Part shown: positions 11,427 through 22,470 of the stretch, piece by piece | How positions within the stretch are numbered: position 1 is the first letter of the stretch | How the letters are laid out: the number at the start of each line of letters is the position of its first letter | Origin: Felis catus | Lineage: Eukaryota | Length of the DNA: 64,000 nt | Direction: 5' to 3' | Assembly (NCBI RefSeq): GCF_018350175.1 | Contig: NC_058368.1 | Coordinates: forward strand, 171,556,001 to 171,620,000 | Translations under genes and position numbers: made by a program | Notes under the pieces: model-generated | Seen by the model: the letters and a program-made list of their open reading frames with translations, nothing else | Told to the model about the DNA's origin: nothing | The model's database searches: none

Positions 11427-13922
11427 CTGAGGTTCCTACCCATCATTCTTGACAGTTTTGTTTTAACGTATTTTGTGCCCTTGTCATTTTCACCTGTTCC
11501 TTTTTTTTTTTTAAATCTCTTTTTGGTGGAAAAGGGCATTGGGTGCCATTAATGAAGAAACAACTTTCTATGCAAGACAGAATTCAATTCAATTCCCCAT
11601 CTCCCTAAACCTGAAAAACAACAAACTTATGAAAGCTACAGGAGAAAATAGTATAGTATACGTGACCGATGGATTGTGCCTATTGTGATCAACCACCTAA
11701 GAGAAAAGGATGGAGAAAAAAAAAAAGGAAGAGAATTAAAATTAAGTTCAAGATACACCATCAAGTGGACTCTAGGCAAAGCTAGGTCCTTCAAAAACAT
11801 TTTTGAAACCAGGTCAACATCGACACGTACAACAAAGAAACCAAAGAACAATCAAAGCGTGCTCTGCTTCTCCCCAGGTGCTACAGGGAGGAAAGCATGC
11901 ACACACAGAGCAGCTGGCAGTTTGGTAGGCTCCCTCTCCCCAATTCCCACACTTCTTTCAGGCATGTTGGGTCCTGAATTCTCATGATGCATCACATGAC
12001 TGTGCTCAGAAGAGATCAGACCCACTCTAAACAGAAAATAATTCCAGAGAAACATCTCTTCCTTTCTAAATAGAAACTGTTCGTCACTCTAAACAGAAAA
12101 AGCTACTGTTTTATAAAAAATAGTATTTATTAGGAGCACTTTTTTTTTTTAATTATGGGATCCACAACCATAGAGCTACCTATGACATTACCTGAACTCA
12201 GATTCTCATCCCTTCTACCACATGACCTACCACTGGAGAAGAATATTCTACATAGCACGCAGTAGCTGCCAGCACACTAATATCATATACCTATAATTCC
12301 TTATAATCCCATGCATTTCCCACCCAACTTCCTAACATCTCAGTAAAGCTTTTTTTTTTTTTAATACTGATGAAATCTGGTTAAAATGAACAACAGGAAA
12401 AGCCTTTCATAAAAGAAGCGAGGCAATACATTCAAAGAACAGCAGAGGAAGGAGATAGCAGACATAGGAAGACAAGACAGGGGAAGGTACTCACCAAGTC
12501 CTCTTGTCTAGGTCAGAGTTCTTTTGTTTACTACTATGACAGATCACTCAGGTGGCAGGGATAAAAGGTGCTAACAGAGTGAAGCATAGCACACAATCCC
12601 TGTCAAGCAGTATCCCATCAAGTGGGGATATTATTGAACAGGCAAAAACAATGCAGTATTTGAAGGCAGGAGTAAGCCTAAGGCTTTTCTGGAAAGTAAC
12701 GGAAAGCTTCGGGAAGAAGGGTAACATCAGAGATATCTCAGCTGCGATGGTGAGGAAGAACGGGGTTGAACCAGGTAAAATGAGGAGCAGAAGAGCACAG
12801 GTAGACAGTTCAGGTAGGGGAAGCACTCCACCCTGGGACACACAGGTCGGGAGTAGCAGGCAGTTCTGTGCAGCTGTGTCCTAGGTTCCCCCACCAGGAC
12901 TGCGGTGTGGGTGCTGGATGAGGGGGTGGGTGGAGACAAGAGCTGTACTGCAAGAGAAGCAGCTCAAGAGCATGCAAGGGCCACATATCTTGCAACCCAC
13001 ATTAAGAAATTCCTGAATTTTCCCTTAGGAACCTGTTAGAGCATTTCAAGCCACAGAGGAAAGACATCAATAAAGTTGATGTTCTGGAAGAAAACTGCAT
13101 CTGCAGCGGGGCAAACATTGTAGGCAGCATCAGTAAAGACAGGAAGCCGGCTTGGAAAGCTTTTACAGAAATTCAAATTCATGTGCTGACCGAAACTAGA
13201 ATTCAGAGACGGAGATCGGTTCTGGAGAGGTTAAGAGGTGACCATCAATCCTGTTCACCATTGCTATCCCAGGGTTGGGGTCACAGTAGCCCTTTTCACT
13301 CTCCAAAGTACCCTGGGTTTGGGGGTGAACTCTATAGTTACTCTGTTAAGCAGCAGAATGGAAAGGGCTTGGGGACTGGATAGCCATGAGGGGAGGGAGA
13401 GACGATCGAGTGAGGAATGACCCTATTCTGAGCAGTGAGGATGGTGGTGGCTTTCGTTAAGGTATTGATGCAGGCCCCTCAGGGATATGCACCTGAGGAT
13501 TTCCCAAAGGGCACAAAGGCAACAGGTAGTTGTTAGGGACTGAATTCCCAGATCCTCAGCTTCCACATACATTCCTGCCTGGAACTGACCTAAAACAGCC
13601 CTGAGATTGAGATGCCACACCTGTTCTCCTTTCCACTGAGCTCCCCTAGCACAGTTCCCCCTTTCCAAAACAACGGAGAAACACGCTTCTTATCCATTTG
13701 AATCTCTCTCTGGCGCACTGCCCCAGGGTGTGAAAAATCCCAGAAGAAACATGGCAACATTTTCAAATACCAGTATTAGCGAAGCTGCCTTTAATAAAGA
13801 CACCATTAATTATATCTTTCCCTACATATTTCTGGTAAGGACTAGGCAAGGTGATAGAAAAATGGTATTTTGGCCCATAGTTGAGTTATTTGGATGTCAT
13901 ATATAGAATAGGGGGGCAGCAT

Positions 13923-14190
13923 GGGGCGCCTGGGTGGCTCAGTTGTTAAGCGTCCGACTTTGGCTCAGTTAATGGTCTCACAGTTCAGTTCGTGAGTTCA
14001 AACCCCGTGTTGGGCTCTGGCCTGACAGCTCAGAGCCTGGAGCCTGCTTTGGATTCTATGTCTCCCTCTCTCTACCCTTCCCCCACTCACTCTCACAAAA
14101 ATGAACAGGAAGGAAGGAAGGAAGGAAGGAAGAAAGGAAGGAAGGAAGGAAGGGAGGGAGGGAGGGAGGGAGGGAGGAAGGAAAGAAAAG
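13923..14190 (+). mobile_element. CAN-SINE whose tail has become a (GGAA)n/(GGGA)n microsatellite
   Basis: ggggcgcctgggtggctcagttg head; tail 14107-14190 is made of gaag and ggag repeats. Confidence 0.9.
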
Positions 14191-14419
14191 GGAGCAGCAG
14201 AGAAATGATGATTTTTGTTTAATTATCTGGCAACTTCCATCTTAAAACTATTATGCATGGCTCATGAAGAAGATCCACATAAGAATAAAATAAATCAAAG
14301 TTCTGGTAGGCCTATCTCATCTAAGTGACAAAACACCATGTCTTATCTGTCCATCTGTCTCAAATAAAATTCAAAAGTGAAACACTTTTCACAGAGCACA
14401 TGTTAACATTTTTATTTAA

Positions 14420-15950
14420 ACTGACAAATGACAGAAAGCAACTGGTTTGGCTGGGTGGTTTGGCAATGACTCTTTGGTTTGCCAAAGAGTTTTATGTTGG
14501 ATGTTTTCCATACACTGAATGAACTAAATCTGCAGCTCCAAGACTCTGATGAAAATATAAAGTACATAATTAGATAAAAGCATTTTATCAAAAATCTTGC
14601 ATTGGCAAATGCACATTAAAATTAACAATTTTTAATTTTCCTAGTCCTTTCCAACTAAATTGGATAAAATCTGGTGCCTCCAAGTAAAAGGGAAGAAAAA
14701 ACATAACTAGCACTCTTTTGATAAATCACAGTAAAAAATTTTTAATTTTCTTAATGTTTACGTTATTTCTGAGGGGGGGGGGAGAGAGTGAGGAAGTGGG
14801 GGAGAGGCAGAGAGAGAGGGAGACACAGAATCCAAGGCAGGCTCCAGGCTCTGAGCAGTCAGCACAGAGCCCGACACGGGGCTCAAACTCAAGAACCGCG
14901 AGACCGTGACCTGAGCTGAAGTCAGACACTTAACAGACTGAGCCACCCAAGCAACTCACAGAAAAATATTTTTAATTCATTTCCCAGAAATTGTGAAGTT
15001 GAATTACTACAATGATTAACAAATTGTAAGTCAAGTGGTTCTGAATTCATTGCTTTCAACTAAATTGAAAGGGAACGCAATTAGTGGTCTCAGAAATCAC
15101 TGCTCTCAGGAACATAAGAGCAAATTTACAGGGGACAATGCATTTGAGGTACTAGATTAATAAAAATATCTTTAGATGATGGATCATCATGTGATTTTTG
15201 GCATATAATTCAGGAGTTCAAGGAATTGAAAGAATTGAATATAATTCCTTCCTTTTCTATCTTCCTTCCATAGTAGACAAGGTTACTCAGTGCTCATATC
15301 TGTAAAAAATCAAAATAAAAAAATTAAATTGTTACTGAGCCATATCTCACTCCAGGAATATATTATAATCATCCAGGAAGGTGGGGAGGTACACAGACTA
15401 ATCAAGAAGAAAAAGCCCCATCCATTTCATTAAGAGATGCATTTCCAACTTTTTATTTTTAGTAATTATTAGAATATATAATATTTTGCTTTTAATTATA
15501 TAATGATAACCATGGTAATAATAACTACTCTTATGGCTCAGTAACAATTGTAGCCTTAAGGTCTCATGAAGTGAAGTTTTAAAATTTTAATGTATATGTA
15601 TATTATTGTGGATAAATACATTTTATTAATAGAAATATACGGCAAAATTCTATGAAGAAAGTGAAATCGAATGCAAGTTTAAGGAGATAAAAGGGGTAAA
15701 GAAAATTTTCTGACTTTTGATGAAGAGCTTGTTCACATATATTTTTTAAAGGTTAGTGAGTACAAAATTGCTAGGATATATAGATTCAGTGGATACACTT
15801 AAGAGTAATGTGACAGACTTTATAATGTCAATATTTATAACCCCCAAACTTGTATCTGTTTAAATTTATGACACAATTTTTATCCTCAACTTAAAATTCT
15901 CAACACAGGCACATAGGTTTTTTAAAAAATTCTATAAAATCACCGTCAAG
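14420..15950 (+). mobile_element. hAT Charlie-family DNA transposon fossil (transposase C-terminal half plus 3' region), split by a SINE
   Basis: From 14497, ttg gat gtt ttc cat aca ctg aat gaa cta aat ctg cag ctc caa = LDVFHTLNELNLQLQ, the Charlie/Buster LADIFxxLNELNLxLQG motif. Later segments resemble the dimerisation region (gatttttggcat 'DFW'; aaaaagccccatccatttcattaa C-terminus). Confidence 0.75.
14735..14955 (-). mobile_element. CAN-SINE
   Basis: Reverse SINEC with TSD-like tcacag(t/a)aaaa. Confidence 0.92.
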
Positions 15951-16059
15951 AAATTTTTTTAGTAAGAACACGTCTGGAGGGCGAGATGATGACTTCAGTT
16001 TTGAACATGTTGCATTTGTGGGTACCACCTGAGGGACATCCAAGTGCACAGTAAGAGCT

Positions 16060-16300
16060 AACTTACTTATCACACAGTTTAAAGCATGGAGCTGGGTGTT
16101 TTCTACAGACTCCTTAAATCCTCACTATCACCCTTTGAAGTGGTACTATTAATGTCACCACTTTAGAAATGGGGATACTGAGGCTCAGAGAAGTTAAAAG
16201 ATTCACCCAATATCACACAGCTCTCCCAACTAGTAGAATATATATGAATCCAGACAGTTGGCATGAAGAGTCTGTATTCTTTGCACAGTATAATGCCTCT
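16060..16300 (-). mobile_element. MIR nested in an L2 fragment (about 15960-16460)
   Basis: atactgaggctcagagaagttaaaagattcacccaatatcacacagct, flanked by L2-like gacttcagttttgaacatgttgcatttg and aattggaaatacacatttgagggtc. Confidence 0.65.
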
Positions 16301-17122
16301 TGGGAGGTCTAATTGGAAATACACATTTGAGGGTCACGTGAGCCTTTAGATAGTAACTTAAACCATGAAGCATTTGAGATTAGGTAGGGAGAGTGACATT
16401 TTTTTAGCAGCAGGAAAATGAGAGCCTCAATGTTAGGGGTCTTTATGAAGATGCTTCTGGCATTCCAATGCAGGCCCCTGAACTCTTGAAAAGCCTCCAG
16501 CCATAGTTTCTCAAGGTTTTTCTTTTTCCAGGTACCATTCATTCATATGTTGGTGACAGTCCTCCCAGGCTGCTGCACTGTTTAGGATACTCTTTATAAC
16601 ATCAAAGGGCTACTGAAGAAAACCTTTCCGCTTCTTGATCTTTACCCTCTATGCCCCACTGGATGCTTGAAGATGTTTCAAATAGTACAAGCCCCACCCC
16701 CGCCCAGTTTTACTGATATAATTGGCATATGACATTGTATTAGTCTAAGGTGTACAATATAATGATTTGATATATGTACATACTGTGAAATGATCACAGA
16801 AGTCAACAACCATCACCTTAGTTATTTTTTCTTGTGATAAGAACTTTCAAGGACCACTCTCTTAGCAACTTTCAAATATACAATATTGTTAACTACAGTC
16901 ATCACGTGGTACATTAATCCTCAGAAGTCATAACTGGAAGTTTTTACTTGTTGACCACCATCACCCATCCCATTCCCCTACCCCCCTGGAAACCACCAAT
17001 CTGTTCTCTGTATCTATGAGCTTGGTTTTTGTTTCTGTTTTTCAGGTTCCACATATAAATAAGATCATACAGTAATTGTCTTTGTCTTATATCACTCGGC
17101 ATAATGCATTTAAGGTCTGTCA

Positions 17123-17700
17123 TGTTGTAATATGATAGGAAAAGATAGGATTCAGTAAGCAGACAGGGAAAGATTAGGACCTGAGGTCCATGGGTGGGGG
17201 GAAAAAACACATATTTTAGAATAATGTCTGACCACAGCAAACCCCCTCAGGCATAAAGTTCCTCATAAGAATGACACCACCACCTCGGGTTTCCCTCAGG
17301 AATTGGACTAAAGACCTAATTAAAAGTAAGTAGTAGACCATAAAACACATGACCCGCAAGGAATGATATGACCGTAGACCGCCCCTCATACAATGGAAAT
17401 AGTCAATCAGGAATGGAACAGCCCAGCACTTAGAGCTATGGAGCCAATAAGGGTAGAACCTGAGAAGGAATAAGGGGGAATGGTAGGGGAAGGGCTGACC
17501 AGAACCTTATAAAACAAAGACCCTCGTCTATTGTCATGGATATTCACTTTTGAATGCCCCTTCTCTGTAAGGAGAACTTTCATACTATTCTTCCTTTCTC
17601 TAATAAACTTTTGCCTGCCGCTCATTTTGTGCCCACCTCTTTACTCCTTGAAGCAGCGAGACAACAAACCTCGGGTATTGAGGTAAAAAATACTGCAACA
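17123..17700 (+). mobile_element. Solo ERV LTR (578 bp), family unassigned
   Basis: TG...CA ends with imperfect inverted termini (TGTTGTAATA / TACTGCAACA, 8/10). CCAAT at 17444-17448, TATAAAA at 17508-17514 and AATAAA at 17602-17607 occur in LTR order. The block interrupts a colinear L1 fragment. Confidence 0.8.
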
Positions 17701-17749
17701 TTGCCACAAACAGGACTTCCTTATTTTTATGGCTATATAATATTCCATT

Positions 17750-17905
17750 TTATATACATATTTTATATATATAACTATATATAATTATATATTATGTGTG
17801 TGTATATAACTATATACACATATATACATATATATTACTATTACATATACATATATATATAGTTATATATACACACACACACATACATAATCTATATATA
17901 ACTAT
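17750..17905. repeat. Imperfect (TA)n/(CA)n low-complexity tract
   Basis: tatatacata...tatatacacacacacacatac. Confidence 0.85.
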
Positions 17906-18339
17906 AATCTCACATCTTGACCCCATTCATTCATTGATAGACACAGGTTGTTTCCCTGTCTTGGCTATAACAGTTTCAACTTGTAATAATCCAGCATGAC
18001 CAACTTTCTGTCTTTCTTTGCAACAAACAGGACTCACATCACTTACACATCTTATAGGTCAATATGGGTACTTGTCAGAACACAGAGTTACAGAAAGTGA
18101 AATCTCACACTGCAAAATACAATAAATCAGGATGCAAAGAAGAACACCGTTTACTTATATGGCAGAGCCTACCTGCTAGTGCTCAATGGATAGGGATCAT
18201 TTTTGCTCAGTAACAGAGTATTTGGAGAAGGGGAAGCATACAAATGTATACATAGTTTAGTTTATATTTTTTAATGAAGTTATTTCAGAGACAAATAGTG
18301 CCAGAAGTAATAGCATTAAATGGGTGAGCCTGTATCCAG

Positions 18340-19161
18340 GTAGAGCATTAGAAAATCATTGACAAAATCATACCAACATTTTTAGGAAGGGGCAAAGGTA
18401 AAATGATCATCAAGACTGAATAGGAATAACCAGAAGAAAACCTGAATAAGAAGAAAACAGGAGAATGTATTGTCATAAGAACAAAATGAGATTTCAAGGG
18501 GTGAGTCATTAGGGTCATCTCAACCATAAGGTCAAGAAAGACAAGGGTTGACATTATCACTTGGATTTAGCAACCAGAAACCCTGAGGACAGTTTCAGTG
18601 CCATGATAGGTATCAAAGCTGAACTGTGAGAAGTTTAGGAATAAACAGGATTTGAGAAGTGGAGACAATGAATTTAGACAATGCTTCCTGGAGGTTAGGT
18701 GTGACACAGAGGGAGTCAATAAGGCGATAGACAGATAAGGGCATGGGTATGGAGTAAGCTTAGTTTTAAACGATAGAGACTTGAGCATGCCCAAACTCTA
18801 AAGGAAAGGATGGAAAAGGGAGGGAGAGGGCCAGGGCTAGTGATAAAAAGCAATAATAATAATTAAAAAAAATAAAATAAAATGAGAAGATCCAGGTCAG
18901 AGGCATTGGGGCTCTTCTACTGTGAGAGGAAAAGGAAGGATGAGTAAGAAGTGACTAAGAGTGTGTGGAGGGTCGGGGCGCCTGGGTGGCACAGTCGGTT
19001 AAGCGTCCGACTTCAGCCAGGTCACGATTTCGCGGTCCACGAGTTCGAGCCCCGCGTCAGGCTCTGGGCTGATGGCTCGGAGCCTGGAGCCTGTTTCCGA
19101 TTCTGTGTCTCCCTCTCTCTCTGCCCCTCCCCCGTTCATGCTCTGTCTCTCTCTGTCCCAA

Positions 19162-19208
<47 letters not shown>

Positions 19209-19310
19209 AATAAAAATAAAGAGTGTGTGGAGGGTCAAGAAGTTGGGAAGCTACCATCTGATTGTCTTTATTGTCTTGGTGAAGCAAAAGAAGAGTTCAC
19301 TGAAGGAAGA
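18340..19310 (-). mobile_element. L2 fragment split by a SINE
   Basis: ttggatttagcaaccagaaaccctgaggacagtttcagtg...; aaacgatagagacttgagcatg. Confidence 0.6.
18975..19218 (+). mobile_element. Young felid CAN-SINE (SINEC_Fc type) with (AAAT)n tail
   Basis: Perfect 18-bp TSD aagagtgtgtggagggtc at 18957-18974 and 19219-19236. CpG-rich body. Confidence 0.97.
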
Positions 19311-20333
19311 GGGTATTTGCATGCTGGCTGTATCTCCAGGCTACACATTTTCCTCCTTTGACCTCTGAAGTCATAGGGCAGAAGATCCAACATCCTCAGT
19401 CTCAAAGCCAGGTTGAAGTCCATACTCTGAAAAACTCCATATATTGAACTTCTGCCTTTGAAAGAGAAATTTGTAAAGGGGATCCAAGGGCTAACCTTAA
19501 CGTAAGACATGATAACTGTTCATTTTAAAACCCGAAGTAATATTGGGATATCACATTTCTCCTTACTACTGCTTTCAATATCAATTAGACTCATCTTCAA
19601 AAATCTCCAGAGATCTTTAAGAGTATGGAGCTTATCTGACTTTGTCTCTTCTGTCCTCCAGACTGTTTCCTCCCTTCCCCTACTCTACCTTTTAAAAAAA
19701 ATACATCACCAGTAGTATTTTCCTCCGTCCCAGTTTCAACATGAAAGGCTTTCTACACATTTCACACCTTATAATCTACAAAGAGCCTTCACATTTTCTC
19801 TACTTTTGTCCTGTAACAATCTTGAGAGTTGGGAGGGTGCATTATTCTTCTTAACATTCAGAAAAATTAAGTGACTTGAGCATTCAGGACTCAGACTTGT
19901 GTTGTCACTCCAAAGGCAGTTAGTTATCTGTTCTACCACATCACATTCCACTTACAGCAACTTCTGAACACCCAAGAGATGGCTCAAGTTTCTGCTAGTC
20001 TCAGAGTAATTTCAAATTCATCCAATTATTTAAAGAAGTCTGTGCTGTAATTTCAATTCGCTGCCTATCATTAATAGATCTCATCATCCCTCCCCCATAA
20101 TAAGGAACCTGGCTAATCGTGAAGAAGCAACTACTATTGCTCACAGACAGTTGGGGATGCACATGAAGCCCTAATCACAGAGAAATCCTGAGCATCTGCA
20201 GGAGGATGGAGACTATAATGACCCAGGAAAGTAATGGTCTTTCAGGTTTGTGCCTAATTGGTGAATGTAAACAAGAAAGCCTTTATATTTCCACTGAGCA
20301 AGCAAAATTAAAATGCTTCCCGCTGTAACCACG

Positions 20334-21105
20334 TGTATTAGTTTCTTTTTTGCAGCTGTAACAAATTACCATAAACTTGGCCTAAAACAACAAAATTTTA
20401 TCATCTTACAATTCTGAAGGTCAGAAATCCAAAATGGTCTCACGGGGCACAATGGACTGAATGTTTGCTCCCTCCGCCACCAAATTCATATGTTTAAACC
20501 TTAATCCTAATATGTTGTTATTTGGAGGTGGGGCCTTTGAGAGATAATTAAGGTCACAAGCGGTGAGCCTTCATGAATGGGATTAGTGCCCTTACAAGAA
20601 GAGGTCAGAAGAGCTAGCTAACGCTCTTTTTGCCACTTGAAGTTACAAGGAGAACTGGATTGTCTACAACCTGGAAGAGGGCTCTCACCCAATCATGCTG
20701 GCACTCTCATCTCAGGTTTCCAGCCTCCGTACTATGAGAAATCAACAGTTCTTGTTTATGTCATCAGTCCATGGTGATTTGTTAGAGCCAACCTAAACTA
20801 AGACGCTGGGCTGTTTCTTCTGGAGGCTCCAGGGCAGAATCCGTTTCTGTGATTTTTCAGCTTCTAGTGGCTGCCTGCACTCTCTGGATCAAGGCCCCCT
20901 TCCAGTAATCACATGATTTTGACCTCTGCCTCCACTGTTATATTTCTGTCTCTCTGACTCTCCTGTCATGTCTAAGGGGGCTTCTAATTACATGATCCTA
21001 CCTGGATAATTTAGGATGATGTCCTTGTACAAGATCCTTAATCATAAGTGCAAAGTCATTTTTGCCATGTAAGGTGATATTTACAGGTGCTGGGGATTAG
21101 GATGC
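20334..21105 (-). mobile_element. MLT1 (C/D-like) LTR, interrupted by a second MLT1 LTR
   Basis: tgtattagtttc...gctgtaacaaattaccataaactt...ggtcagaaatccaaaatgg; resumes ctggaggctccagggcagaatcc...acaggtgctggggattaggatg. Confidence 0.75.
20448..20805 (+). mobile_element. MLT1A-like LTR nested in the opposite orientation
   Basis: atggactgaatgtttg...ccaaattcatatgtt...ttggaggtggggcctttg...tttgttagagccaacctaaactaagac. Confidence 0.78.
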
Positions 21106-22269
21106 TCAGCCAAGAGACACCTGGAACCCATTCAAAGCAAAGACACACCAAGCTGAACTGCCAAGCTACACACCATATGCAGAGAATGAGGTGTTCCTGC
21201 TGGGCTAGCAACCAAATTGAAGACAGTCAGTCCTAGAATGTACTGGGGAGAGCCATCTTCTCTGGAAGTTCTGCTTTTCTAGAGCAATGGTCAGTATATA
21301 CGAGAATTTTAAATATTTACCGCTAGTAAGTGGCAGGGTCCTTCAATAAATCTGGGTCTTTCTGTTATGTGTGTTCTCGTAATTCCTCCATCTACCTTAA
21401 ACTGAGGCTGGGAATTTTCTGTTAAGTTGAACCAAGGTCCTGATATGAAAGAGCTACATCCCTTGCACAGGTCAGTCTTCATCAAGAAAGAACCAGAATG
21501 ACACAAGCCAAAGCAGAGCAGAAAGTAGGATGTATGCCCAGGCTAAGTGGTCTCCTGTGTATTGTTAGGAAAAGGAAGGGCGAGTATGTGAACCCCACTG
21601 CATATCTTTAAGAGACTGTTTTATAAAACTAAGCCTGAATTGAGGCAGACAGCATTGTGTGTTAATTCAGTCCCAATAAGCATGTCTTCATGAAGAAATG
21701 CTTTTACTTCCTAGGGGTTCTTTTATAGACCCTACCTCAAAAGTGAAGTTAAGAAATTATGGTACCCAATCTTCCAAACCAAGTCAGCTGTACTCCGTGG
21801 AGAGAAGTTTGCTTTACAAACGTTTGCTTCTGCCTACCTGTTACCCTTTACACATAGGTGACACCTGAATCAATGCATTTGTTACATGAATTTCCTAGGC
21901 CTTGGTTTTATGAAATGTACAGTTTAATAAAACTTGTGTTTCATTTAATATTCCAGGCAGCAAATTTCCTTTCTTCAGAATTCCTGAGACTATGTGAAAA
22001 ACAGAGAGAGCTCTAGCACAGGGCCTGCACATATTAGGCATTCTTTAAATTGCTGTTGAACGACCACATAAAAGCATAAATACACAAAGGCCTAAATAAA
22101 CCCTCTTGCCACAGGTCAATCTGAGAAGAGGACTTGTTGGAACATACCATTTAACTCCTCTCAAGAAACCCTAAGTATATAAATTGGGGAAGATAATTCC
22201 TTAGTATCCTACATCTGCAAAACCATTCCATCTTACATGCAAGCAAGTCAGGATATTGTGTGATTGAAG

Positions 22270-22470
22270 GTCTTGGACACACGAAGCCTTGCATCTGAAT
22301 TCTGGTGCTAATACTCGCTGGTTATGTGATCTTGGGGAAGTGGCTTAACCTTTTCAGCTTCCATTTCTTCATCTCTGATAGTATGATAATAATATTTAGA
22401 TTGCAAAGTTGTTTTGAGCAGGTAATGACACATGTGGAAAATGTTCAACAGTTTCTGGTGCACTGATGAC
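22270..22470 (+). mobile_element. MIR
   Basis: tgtgatcttggggaagtggcttaacctt...tttcttcatctctg. Confidence 0.7.

Larger units (their letters stand above)
16708..17975 (-). mobile_element. L1MA-like 3' UTR fragment interrupted by a solo LTR and a TA-rich expansion
   Basis: tactgatataattggcatatgacattgtattagtctaaggtgtaca...ttccacatataaataagatcatacag...; resumes at 17701 (ttgccacaaacaggacttccttattttt...ttccctgtcttggctat). Confidence 0.8.

Noticed and set aside
12488..12499. Strong minus-strand donor (TTG|GTGAGTAC)
   Set aside because: No convincing paired acceptor or coding frame nearby; isolated donors are common.
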